A DNA stretch of 64,000 bases from contig JAYWIR010000087.1 of assembly GCA_036172245.1 (NCBI GenBank), positions 124,001 through 188,000 on the forward strand, given 5' to 3'. Source of the DNA: Raillietiella orientalis. Taxonomy: Eukaryota. Below are positions 1 to 12,019 of this stretch, piece after piece. Under the pieces are notes generated by a model. It was not told the origin of the DNA. It did not search any database and saw nothing but the letters and a program-made list of their open reading frames with translations. A program made the position numbers and the translations under genes. The first letter of the stretch is position 1, and each line of letters opens with the position of its first letter.

Positions 1-2694
1 TCTATCCGTGCTTAGCGAAGGTCAGCGCTTCGAGGCTGTCTGTAAGGAAATCACCTTAGCGGAAAGCTTGATTACTACTCCGCGGAACGTGGAAGGACGC
101 AAGATCCTGCAAGTCACGATGGACCGCTCCGTAGTGATCCATCTTTCTGGGATCACCAGCCGCACGACGCGGTTCTCGGTTGGTGATCAGCTCAGAAAAT
201 ACGGCGAAGTACACGCGCTATTGCCAAAGGCCACAATCTTCGATGGCTACGATAGCATTTTCGGAGAGCAGGCTGCCGCGCGTGTGACCATTTAGAAGGA
301 TAGTAGGATTCCCGACTAACTAGAGGTCAATGACCAGGACGTAGACCTCTGGTACGTATGGAAACACCGCTATTGTGGCTACTGCAATGCAGTAGGACAC
401 CTTCGTAAGAGGTGCCCGAACATAGTGTGCCACTTATGCGGGGAGAAGCTCCACGTGCGCCGCGTGTGCTCTAAACGCCCCACTCCGGTGCCGCCTGCCG
501 CAAAGAAAGCGCAGGCAAAACGCGGAAAATTGGTCGAAAGACCAAAACGAGATACTGGCCGGCAGCAGCCGCAAGCCCCCGTTCCTCCCAAACAGGCGTA
601 GGAAGAAAAACCTTCCGAAGACGCGGGAGTCCAGGACGGCTGGCAGTTGGTTAAGGAAACAAAGGTAAAAAAGGTACCCCCCGGAAAACCCATGAAAGCG
701 GTAAAAAAGACAGCCGACAAGGCGAAAACACCTGGGCTGCGCTCCAAGTCCATGCGGAAATGTAGAGTGGCACTGGAACGCATAGCTGTTCCCGAGACTG
801 CCATTCGGGTAGACGAGCCTCCCCTCGCCAATTCCGCCGCGCCAGAGGTTCTGGACGGCGCACCCTCTGTTTGCACAGAGGGTGAGACGCGCGAAATAGC
901 GACGGTCGAAGCCGAGGACGCCGCGTTCGCGCAGACGGCGGAGGAGCTCGCGACCACGCTGGCCGAGCGTGAGAACCCCTCGCGCAAGGCCGTGCGAAGG
1001 CCGGTTCCGCCTAAGAAGGCCCATGAAGGTCAGTTCGACCTGGGGGTCTGAAGTGCATCCTCCTTCTCGGAGGCACCCCCCAGGAAGTCGAAACGCAAGT
1101 CCCAGAAACCCAGGAGGAGCTTCCTCTACACCAGCGAGGAGGAGAAGCAGGAAGGTAGCGGTAGCGTGGGAATCCCGGAGGGGGAACTCCCACGCTCGGA
1201 AGCCGTCGAGCCGGCCACACCCATGAAGGAGGGTGAGCTGGGGGGCGAAGTCCTCTCTGCAGTCGCCGAGCCTGAACAGCCCGCCTCCATGGAGGAGGGC
1301 AAACAGGTATGCGCGACCCCAACTGAGGGTGACCCGCTCGACGCGCCGTTACCCATGTAGGAGGGGAACCAGGTGCACTCAGCTCCTGACCCTCCTTCTC
1401 CACCTAGCGACCCGCAGGTTGCGGACTCCGCATCGATATCTTTCCAGGAGTACCACCTGGGCACGCCAGTCGCCGTCGGATTCGCGCCGCCTGTTGGAGC
1501 GTCAACGGGCAGCGCGACGACGGTAACAGGCGAGATACGGCCGACACCCTGCGTGAGCTCGACCTGGCTCTGCTGCAGGAGATCCACGTGATCACCGCGG
1601 CAGACGCTCAGGAGATCTAGACGATCGCGGGGGGTCGGTTGTATTGGCGATGCGGCCTCCGCTACACCTGCGGGGTCGCGTTCTAGCGGTGGTATTATTA
1701 TCGTGCGGCATTATTATTCCTCCCTTTACGCCAGGGCGCCCCCGGAGCAAGATGCCTCTCGGCGCTTGCTTCCGGTCGGCGCTCCGGCAATAAGTGTGGA
1801 GAAGATGCAAAGCCTCGACGAGGCTTTCACCACCGGCGAAGTTCACGCCGGTATCAAAAGGCTCAAGAGGCGGATAGCACCAGGCGAGGACGGCCTGCCC
1901 GAGGAGTTATTTCAATGCTTCTCGGCAGAGTTGGCACCCCTGTTGTTTGAGTTGACAAGGCTGATCCGAGATGAAGTCGATGTACCCGCCTCGTTTTGTT
2001 CAGTCAGAGTGAGGCTCCCTCCGAATGCAGGAGAGCTCAGGAAACTCAGCAACTGGCGTCTGATCTCAAGTGCGAATACGGACGCCTAGCTAATCGCCAG
2101 ACTGTGGGCTTCGCGTCTGGGGCAGGTGGCATATTCCATAATTAGCCCGGAGCAGACTTACGCTGTTCCCGGGCGAAGTATGGAGGCCAACCTCTTCTTC
2201 GCGAGCACGTGGTTTCATGTGTAGACTAGTCAAAAAATGAAAGACGGAATGATTGGCAGCCCCGCTTTGGGGGCGTCAGCCGGGCAGGGACAGTACTCCC
2301 AGGTGGGGAAGGGGGCCCTAGCGATCGCAGTCGATCTGCATAAAGCATCCGACTGCGTGGACCAGGATCTCGTGCTGAAGCTCCTGGGACGCATGGGCTT
2401 CCCTCGCTCCCTACTGACCTACCTGCGCACTTGTTGGCGCAGCGCGCTGATCAATACCTCTTACAAAGGTCAAATGGCGTAGGGCGTGCCGGTACGGCGA
2501 AGCATACCGCAGGGCGACAGCCTCAGTCTTGTGCTCTTTAGCACTCACTTTGGACCCCCTTTCGCTGCCGAGGAGAGTCGCGCAGGTCTGCGTACCATCG
2601 ACCCGGCAGGTCCAGTTCAGTTGGCCGTAGTGAGGCCTCGTACCACGAATCATAGAGAATTTGTAATGAACTCCCCGGCGAGACCGCGTGGCAA
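1..2694 (+). mobile_element. L1/Tx1-like retrotransposon, family A, internally deleted and degenerate (5' end outside window)
   Basis: ORF1 remnants include knuckle CGYCNAVGHLRKRC (~375-415). The EN start WSVNG..LLQEIH is at ~1490-1680. The sequence then jumps to RT (APGEDGLP, AVDLHKASD, IPQGDSLS) and again to a 3' UTR ending AATGAA-CTCCCCGGCGAGACCGCGTGGCAA at 2665-2694. Confidence 0.85.
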
Positions 2695-3690
2695 CCAGCA
2701 ACTTGGCGTACGCATTCACTATTGTGATGGGACGCCAGTTGTTCAGGCTCCTCAGATCTCCTTCCTTAGAAAAGAGCCGCACCTTTGCTGAACGAAACGA
2801 GGCGGGAACGTCACCTGTCTCGCGTATCTGCAAGGTAAGTTGCTGTACCCGGGGGGAAGCTCAGCCGCGAAATTTTGGTAAAACTCCCCTAACAGGCCTT
2901 CCTCTCCTGGAGCCTTGCGCCTCTAGAGCTTTACGATGGCTGAGAGGATCTCGTCCATCGTAAAAGGCTCGTCGAGGGTCTTTCTCTCCTCCACCCCGAT
3001 CGCTGGAGCGCCTTTCGGAAGCAGGAGTCGTGAGACGTTCCTCTCTGGAGGAGCCCTGGCATACAGGGAGGAGTAATATCTTCGCAGCAGGTTGCGGATT
3101 TGGGCGGTTTCCGAGTGCTCCTGGCCCTGATCGTCTAGATAGCGGGCCGATCCGGAATGCAAGGCTTGCCTCTCGGCTCCCGCTTTGTATTTTGCCAGCT
3201 TGCGGATGTCAGGGGTCCTGGCGAAACGACGAGCCTGCAGATAGGCTCGTTCGTTACGGACCCAGGTCCCAAATCCGTAGGTAGCCGGTGCAGAGGGAAC
3301 TGGTCGCGGAACTCCTGGACCGACCGCTTTCAGCGGTCCCAAACCTGGAGTGTCTGCAGGCTGAATCTCCGTATGAACGTGCGGAGATGTTCCGCCGCTT
3401 TCGGAAGCTTAAGCCAGTTCCCTGGGAAACGAAACGCCGACGAGGATGGGCCCCTGACGCGCGGATGGATCTCGAGGACTATCGGGCAATGGGCGGACAG
3501 CTCGCATGGTATCTTGCCGCGCCTGCCCACGCGAGGGCACAGGTGCTCTTCAAGAAACACATGGTCGATGCCGTCTTGCATCCTTGGTGCACTGCCCAAC
3601 AAATTACAGGTGTGCACCGCCATGCACACCTCGTTGACCAAATCATGCTTGTGATTCGGCCCATCCAGTTTCAGGCGAACGTTGAAATTT
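2695..3690 (-). mobile_element. L1/Tx1-like ORF2 fragment (EN C-half, linker, start of RT)
   Basis: ORFs 3330-3695, 2923-3342 and 2411-2833 give FNVRL..IDHVF..SAH, GFG..RNERAYLQARR and NNWRPITIVNAYAKLL. Both ends abut the 3' termini of other elements. Confidence 0.85.
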
Positions 3691-4001
3691 TTCACCCGGT
3701 CACGCCAGGACGTCTATTGACATAAAGAAGCTAAAAACAATTGTTTCCAGCTCTCGACTCTTGAAACATGCAGCGGAGATTCATCATTGGAACGCAGGCC
3801 AGGAATACCGAAGAACAGGGAAGACTGAGGGGAGTCCAAAAAAAAAAAAAAATTATAAATAGGAGGAGTGGGCCAGGGAACTTTGGTGACGCTCCGCAGT
3901 CACCGGGAAACTCATAAGTTTTAGCACCAAAACCCTTGCGGAGCGTATAGGGAAAAAAATGCGAGAACAAAAAAATCATTTAAAAATAAAATGCGGGCGG
4001 A

Positions 4002-7000
4002 TCACCGGGTTCGTCGTTCTAAGCCGTTTCCCATCCGGCGATGGATACCGCTTAGATGCTCTGTTGTGTCTTTCCATAAGTGTCGCCACCCAGCTGCCGA
4101 CCTGATCAAGTCGGCTGCCTTCCTGGTGACACAACATTGATGTTCAGTGTTCTGCAGCACGTCTCGGACCGTGACGATGGCGCGGATGCAACCAACAGTG
4201 GAAATCGTCACAGTTATTGAAAGTCCTTGTGACTGGAAGAACCGTCGCAGCACTTCTCGAGCGGTGTCCCTCGGAAGCGGAAGAGCTGCTGCTAGCCTCC
4301 GTTAGAGTTCCAGGAGGGCACCGCAGTCCATAACAAGCTGCAATAACGATTCCGTCGCCACGCACCGGGCACAGTAGGAAGAAGCCACCCCACCCAAAAC
4401 TCGGTGGCGCAAGCCCCAGTGCAAGAAGAGCATGACGTCTTGCTTCCATGCAAGGGGAAACACCGAACCGTCCAAACACCATGGAGATGTTGTAAGTTCT
4501 TCGGTGGCAACACCTAGTGCTTCTCCTCACCAAAGTAATCCCTTTGGTGTTGCACGAGGAGTGGCGGCATCCGCAAGTTCGCTCGTGGCCCATTCGCCAA
4601 CTGGTTTTGTTCTTCCTGCAATGGTGCAAGCAAACTCCCACTTCACCGGCTGGCTACTGTCATCTTGATCCTCGAGTGCAAACAGTGCTTCGGCGAGGGG
4701 CATGGCGGCCAGGGAGAAAAACTTCACCTCGTCCTGCATGACATCTTGGAGGGACCAAGGTTGAAATCGACGCAGGGGGCAGAGATCTTTACGGCTCATT
4801 CCTAAGGATACAGCCCACGAATCTATGGATTCCAGCCGCCAAGCATTGTAGTTTATCGGGTAGCAAAAAATCCACGCATTGGCTTCCAATAGGGAGGCGT
4901 TTTTCCTCAGAGGATAGCCTAATCCCTGTTTCCTGTGACGCATGCCAGGCACCAAGGAAAGGAATTCTTTACTGCCTGCACACCTCCTTAGGAGGATGCG
5001 CGCGGGCGCACACAGGGGGGAAGTCCATTGCTCGGCACAAAGTTCGAGCATCCAGAACTGCACTTGCAGTCCGATTCTCTCCATCGTCAGGATGCTAAGC
5101 CCAGCATCCCGTCGTGGAGCAGTGAGATCTTTTAGGCGGATCCTGGATCACGCCGGACCTCAGAAAGCGTTGCTTAGCAGGCGTGTTTCTTGCTTTTAGG
5201 CAGCTTAGCGGGGGTCCAAGACAAAAAAAAGGGGTCGGAGGAGGGGGGCCACGAAGGTGTTCCAAAATGCCGCCCGTTCCGGGAAGGTGAACTTGACGTT
5301 AATGAACGGGCTGGCGGCCAACTCGGCCTTATGAAGGCAGTCCGACCACGCCTCGGCAGCGCAGAGGTCGCCCAAGGGAACGCCAAGGTACTTGAAGTAG
5401 CTCGCCGTGGGGATCCCCAGGCGCATCCAGTCGGACTGCCCCTCCCACGACGCCTCCACAGGAACAACCACGCTCTTCTCTCTATTCACGCTCATGCCCG
5501 CTTCCCGACGAATCAGGTCGAAGAAATCTTCGAAACTGGACGCCGGGGTGGACATAAGGAGCAGAAGAAGCGGCTCATCTGCATAAAGAGCCACGGCAGG
5601 CGTTCCCGGGCAAGAGCTAGGCAGGAATTCCAGCGTCAGCCTCTACGCTCTCGGCACCAACTCAAAGAAGATGCTGAATAGCAACGGGCATAAACTGTCT
5701 CCCTGTCTGATGCCCCTGCGCAGGGGAATACCGTACACGTGGCAGCCGCTAAAACAAATGCAGGTTAGCGCGTGGCGCCAGCATGCGCGCAAGTACTTGA
5801 GGAGTTGAGCAGCGAGACCCAGGCGTCCCAAGAGCTCCAATAGGAGTGCTTGGTTCACGCAATCGAACGCCTTGTGGAGGTCGACTGCGATTGACAAGGC
5901 ACCCGGCGTACTCTCTTGCCGCTTCTGTCGATACCGTGTGCCTTCAGCAGTGGCATTTGTCACGGATCGACTTTGCTGCTCTACGCGCTCCTTCAGCTGC
6001 ATTCAGGTGCGTGCAAACAGGAGGTTCGCGTACATGGATCTCCCGGGAACAGCGTAAGTCTGCTCCCGGCTCACCAAGGACGGCGCGATTCTCCCTAGAC
6101 GCGCAACCCATATCTTGTAGAACAACTTGACGTCCGATTCCACCAAAGTGACCGGACGCCAGTTGTTTAAATGGCGTGCGTCTAAACCTTTCGGAAGGAG
6201 ACGCACCCTCGCGGAGCGGAAGGAGTTGGGGACATCCCCCGAAACTCTCATCAGCGACGAGAGGCGATGCACCAGGGGGACGAGCTCCCCCGCGAAGCAC
6301 TGTTAAAACTCCGCAGGCAGCCTATCCTTACCTTGCGCTTTTCGTCTCTTGAGCTTCGCTATTGCGGAGGAAATTTCCTCCTCCCTGAAGGACTCCTCGA
6401 GACGTGAGCGTTCCTCTTCGCTAACTACGGCAGCAACCTGGGAAAGCAGTATCTCCGAAAAGATAATTTCCGTTGGTGCTTCCGCGTATAGCGAGGAGTA
6501 ATAACTTTTTATTGTGCAGCGAATATCGGCTGGTGCCGAGCATTTTAGGCCTTTTTCATTGAGCAGGGAAGATGCTCCTGACTGCCAGACCTGGCGCTTG
6601 GCTCTCGCTCTGTATTCCGCAAGCCGGCTGACATCCCCGCGTCTCGAAAAGGTGCGCGCCTGCAGGAAAGTCCTCCTGTTGGAGACCCCTCCTCCAAAGC
6701 CTCGCGGAAGCCGGTGCAAGGGAAACCGTTCACAGAACTCGCGGACTCAACACTTTGAGTAATCATAGTCCATGAGTTCGCGGATGACGGAAGTCCGGAG
6801 GTGCTGACGGAGATTATCCGCCGCCTCCGGTTGGCTAAGCCAATCCGCCGACATCCTCCAGTTCTTCAACGGAGGCCTCTTGCCTGGCGGAAGAAGCTCG
6901 AACTCCAACCTGTGATGGTCAGAGATAGTCGACGAGAATCTTCCTCTTCTTTTCACACGAGGATGCAGGTTTTCATCGAAGAAGATGTGATCCGGCGACC

Positions 7001-7580
7001 TTTCCATCTCAGGTACTCCGACCATCAATTTAAGAGAGCGTACTGACGCGCGCATCTCGATGGCCGACGCTCGTTCCCTCGGGCAGCTCCATTCGTCGGA
7101 TAGCTGGTGGACGTTGAAGTCCCCTGCGAAGAGGTTCGCCACTTGGAAGCCGGAGTTGTTAAGCGAGTGGCTCTGCACCTCACCAAATAAAGCTACTCTG
7201 TCTCCGAGGTAGCGAGAGCCACTCGGCGCGTAAACGTTCGTAACGACGAGATCGATGTACTCGGACCACTTGATGTCAAGCTGGCCTATTCGTCCATCGT
7301 CGTCAAAACGAACACTACGTACCGCTTCCGCCATTTTTCCTCTTACGAGGAACGCGACGCCGCACGTGTGTGCGCCGCCGCACCGCCAATGTAGCGTTAC
7401 GCCTGCGCGCTCCTCGATTTCGGCTGCCTGCTCGTCGGAGATTTCGTGAATCTCCTGCAGGAGCGCGAGGTCGAAGGGGCGCAGGGCGTTGGCTACTAAT
7501 CGCCTCTTCTCGTCGTTCTGCAGCCCGTTCACGTTCCAACACGTTACGGACAGACGACGAGAAGACGAAATTCCCCGCAT
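4002..7580 (-). pseudogene. ORF2 AP endonuclease / reverse transcriptase, disrupted
   Basis: EN motifs WNVNGL, LLQEIH, NVYAP, GDFN, PDH, SDH (6747-7580). RT motifs NNWRPVTL, AVDLHKAFD, GIRQGDSLCP, YADE, KYLGV are spread over several frames. Confidence 0.92.
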
Positions 7581-9524
7581 TACTGCTGGGAAGGTGGCAG
7601 CTTTTTGCTCGCTTTATCCAGCGAGCAGACGGCGAGCAGCACGACTGGCTGGAGGGGCGGTCGCCACCGTCCTCTGTCGTGCTGCATGCATGTAATGCCT
7701 CCACGCCAGGCATAGCCCCGTCGGGTTCCGTGCAGACTTCGCGTTTTTTCGCGGCGAGCGTTGCCTGGCTGCCTACTTTTGATCAAAGCGCACACGATTT
7801 TGAACGAGTTGTCCTCGTCTCGGTGATCGGAACGGCATCCATTTCGGAGTACGACCGGCGCAAGTTCGATCGCGTTTCGGCCTTCCGCGAAGTAGTCACA
7901 GGTTCTGCTGGATTGACAGCTGTCCTGTTGTCTCTTTCCGTCTACAGAGCATCGCTTTTGGTGACGGCTGCTTTCCCGGCAAGCGCGTTCTCAGCGTGCT
8001 CACGCGCAGTTGCACGAGGGACCTTTGCTGAAGTCTTCTTTACTTCATTACGGTTCCTCACTTCGCGGGGCGCCGTAAATGGAGATTGTGCTCCATTGTC
8101 ATCTTTGTAGCCACACGCGTCTTCAAACGGGAGCACTTCCAATGGCTCCGACACGCTCGTAATGGTCGCTGCCTTCGGAAGAACCTTATTACCCTTCTTT
8201 GGCATGGCATCCGCTCCAGTCAAGAGCTTGCTCTCCGACTGCGACGGCGTGAGATTTTTCTCCGCTTTCGCGGTCTTGGATCGCGACGCGGATTTTTTTT
8301 TGCCGACTTTCGAGGTTGACACGGCACAACCCTTCTTACCCTATTTGGGCTTCTCAGCCACTGCCGGAGGTGAAGGAATGGATCTGACGGTACTGGAAGT
8401 GTCCTTATTGCCGTTGCTTATTGGCGTCTTCGCCGGTTGCTTGAACTCCGAGAGAGCCGGGCGTGCTTGGAAAGCACAGCTATTGCGCCTAGGGGGACTT
8501 ACCATTGCCCCGGATTCCCCGCACCCTTTCTTTTGCGGCTCCCCTGCCGCGAGAGGGGGCGCGCAGGGCTTCGCGTGCGAGGTTTCCTGCTGCTTTGGGG
8601 CGACATTCCGCCTCGCGTTTTTTCGGAATTTCTGCTGGGGGTCTCCAGGTTTTTCGCAGATTTTTTCTTTTTATCCGCGCTTTGTTTTCTAAGATGGAGC
8701 TCCGCGGTTGCCTTTTTTCGCAGAAGATCCGGGCAATTTTTCAATTGGTGCCCGGATAGTTTGCAATAACGGCATTTTCCAGAGGGGCATTTATCCAAAT
8801 AATACGTCTCCTTTTCGCATTGCTCGCGCGTTCTTACTTTGCCCACGAACCACAGGTGAACGACCGTGTCTTTCACCTGTAGTTTGGCGGGCAGCAGACG
8901 GCGATCCGGCATTGTAAGCCGGACTACAGCGACTCCGCTGTGTATGGACGGGAAGTCCTTGAGGTTGCTACGCACCCTCCACAGCGCATGGACCGTATCT
9001 AATTTTGCCAACGCGTTCCGAATATCAATATCGGAGATTTCCGACTCGATCTCAAAAATCTCCACCACAAATGAGTCGTCCATGGCGGCCGGGAAGACCT
9101 TCTGGCCACGGATCGACAACGGGATGCGCAGCAAGCGTTGCACAAGTGCAGCGTTTTTACAACGCACCTTGAAATAGCATACGTCTTTTACGGGCATAAT
9201 GGCGAGAAGGTCCTCCTCCCGCACGCCAACACGGATCAGTTCATAGTTGAACTGATTCCCGTCGCGCGCAGAAAGAAAACCACTCACATTATATCGGAGA
9301 GCAGGTCTATAGCCTTCGGCTACGCATGCCCGCAACTCCGACTCGTCGAGTGGTTTCCCTTTGACGGCTGCTGTGGCAGCAACGTCAAAAAAAATTTTCT
9401 CCATTTGCGAGAAAGACGAAGTGGAGGCGGCCGTCGGTTCCGCGATTGCTGATCTGAAAGCTGTTCCTCCAACATCAGTAGCTTCAAGATTGGTCGACAT
9501 CGTCGTCAAAATGTACGACGCCAA
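7580..9524 (-). pseudogene. ORF1 gag-like protein with zinc knuckles, family B, disrupted
   Basis: ORF 8499-9524 has GYRPALRYNVSG and CRYCKLSGHQLKNC. The K/S/A-rich tail continues in 7942-8322 and 7580-7795. Confidence 0.85.
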
Positions 9525-9578
9525 GATGAAGCGGATGAATGCACGGAGACGAGAGAGAAGAAAAACACGTCCGCACTC

Positions 9579-12019
9579 GATTGAAATCTCCCTCTATCAG
9601 GTGAGCCTTCCGCACGTTGATGTCCGCCAGCCTGTCGCGCTTCAGAGATTACAGCAACCTGATGCGGTCGCTTTATCCCTGTTTACCGCTGGGGGCGTAC
9701 ACATTCGTGACGATCATTTCGATCGAATCGGACCAGCTGAGAATCAGGTGACCGACCCGACCGTCGTCATCGAATTGCACGCCCTTCACGACAGCGTCGA
9801 TAGCCGGCTTCACAAAAAACGCAACTTCGCAGGTGCTCCGGAGGCCGCATCGCCAATACAACCGACCCCCCGCGATCGTCTTCATCTCCTGGGCGTCTGC
9901 CGCGGTGATCACGTGGATCTCCTTCAGCAGCGCCAGGTCGAGCTCACGCAGGGTGTCGGCCGTATCTCGCCTGTTGCCGTCGTCGCGCAGCCCGTTGACG
10001 TTCCAACAGGTCGCGCGAATCCGAAGGCGACTGGCGTGCCAAGGTGTTAGTCCTGGGGAAACGGCGATGGGGCGTCCGCCACCTGCTGGGGAGGGACGCT
10101 AGGTGGAGGGGGAGTGGGGACAGGTATTGAAGGCACCTGTTCCTCCTCCTCCATCGGTGCCGGCGCGTCGGCCGGATCACCCGCAGGTGGAGTCGCGCCT
10201 ACCTCTTCGCCCTTCTCCATGGGTTCGGGCTGCTCAGGTTTCGCGACTGCGGAGGGGAACTCACCCCCCTGCACACCCTCCTCCATGGGGGTGGCCGAGT
10301 CGACGGCTTCCGGGCGTGGATATTCCCCCTCCGGGATTCCCACGCTGCCGCTTCCTTCCGGCTTCTCCTCATCGCTGGTGGAGGGGAGGCGCCTACTGGG
10401 TTTCTGGGACTTACGTCCCGACTTCCTGGGGGGTGCCTCCGAGGAGAAGGATCCGCCTCCGTCCTCCAGGTCGCACTCACCTGCGGGGCCTTCTTCGTCG
10501 GAGCCGACCTGCGTACGCCCTTGCGCGACGGGGTTTCGCGCTCGGCAGCGTTGCTGCGAGCTCATCCGCCTCTTTCTCGAAGGCCGCGTCTTCCCCAGCG
10601 GCGACCGTGGCCGCGATCTGCCCCGCGACCTTATCGAGCGCGGCGTCATCGCTGACGGCGAACGTTGTTGCGGGCTCCTCCGCGACTTTATCGAGCGCGG
10701 CGTCCTCCCTGTCGGCTCGCGAGTCTCGCGTCTTACCCTCTAAACGTAGAATGGGCTCGTCCACGCGAGTATTCATCGCGTCCGCATCAGCTGTTCCGCG
10801 AACATTGCTGCGGGCGGACTCGGCAGGAACGGCTACGCGTTCCAGTGCCACCGAGCATTTGCGGAGTTTTTTTTTTTTTTTTGAAAGCGGCGCGGCTTTT
10901 TTCTTGTTGCCGGCAGTTTTCTTCTCCGACTTTTCTTCTGCCATTAATTTCTTTTTTTCTTTTCTGGCCTGAACCAGCTGCCAACCCTCCTCCATTTCCG
11001 CGTTCACGGGAGCTCTTTCCTCCGACGTCTGTACGGGAGGAAGGGAGGCTGGCAGTTGGGAAAGGCCATTTTCGCGAACTGGTCTTTCTACCAGCTTTCC
11101 ACGTTTTCCCTGCGCCTTTTTGGCGGCAGGGGGCACCGGGGTGGGGCACTTGGGGCACAAGCGTTCAACGTGACTTTTTTCGCCGCATAGGTGGCAAACA
11201 ATGTTTGGGCATCTTCTTCGTAGATGCCCTACTGAATTGCAGTAGCCACAAAATTGGCATTATCCAACCTACCAGAGGTCCACCGCTTCTTGGCAAACCT
11301 CCAGCTTGTGAAGAAGCGCCCCACCCTCTTTTACGGTGATACGCGCCGCAGCTTGACCTCCGAAAAGGCTATTGTAGCATTGGAAAATCGTGGACTTCGG
11401 CCACAACGCGTGCACTTCTGCTTGTTTTTGTAACTGCTCACGAACCGCTGACCTAGTCATGCGACTGGAGATCCCAGTGAGATGGACCACCAGAGAGCGG
11501 TATATCGTCACCGGCAAGATCTTGCGACCATCAACGATCAGCGGGTCGGTGATCAGGCGTCGGGCCAAGGTGATATCCTTGCATACCACCTCGACCCGCT
11601 GCCCTCCGCTGAGGACGCAGAGGCCGTCAAGATCTTTTTCGAAGATATTGGCGTTCTGCAGCGCATTCGTAAAGGCGCGTGCAGTTCGCCCATCGAAAAG
11701 GTTGCCTACCTTGTAGACTAGCGAGGGTTTATACCCCGCTTCCTTGTAAGCTTCCATCTTGGCCATGGCTTCAACGCTAGGCGCTACCACCATATCGCTC
11801 CATGACCTCGGCGTCGCCGGGGACGATTCCGGGGCGTATGCCCCTGATCCAGTAGGCTGTAATGGCGAACAAGCATCTTCCACGCCTACTTCCATCGCGG
11901 TGTCCTCTGGCAACGCTGCGATCGGACACCGACGATGTGCACGCACAAATCACTCCAGAAAAAACCAGTCGCTTTCCCACGCAGGCGGAGCCCAGGAAAA
12001 GCACGTCCTTCCTCCACAG
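9579..12019 (-). mobile_element. 5' part of family A element (5' UTR, ORF1, EN up to GDFN)
   Basis: Starts CTGTGGAGGAAGGACGTGCTTTT. ORF1 pieces are 11269-11946 and 10477-11160, followed by TAACA at 10045-10049 and EN WNVNG..NVYAP. Closely similar to 37541-39980. Confidence 0.9.

Larger units (their letters stand above)
3691..9578 (-). mobile_element. Full-length L1/Tx1-like retrotransposon, family B (~5.9 kb)
   Basis: 5' motif GAGTGCGGACGTGTTTTT (9561-9578), ORF1, TAATG junction at 7578-7582, EN-RT ORF2, and 3' end AATAGACGTCCTGGCGTGACCGGGTGAA (3691-3718). Both flanks lie at the GDFN codons of an EN domain. Confidence 0.92.
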
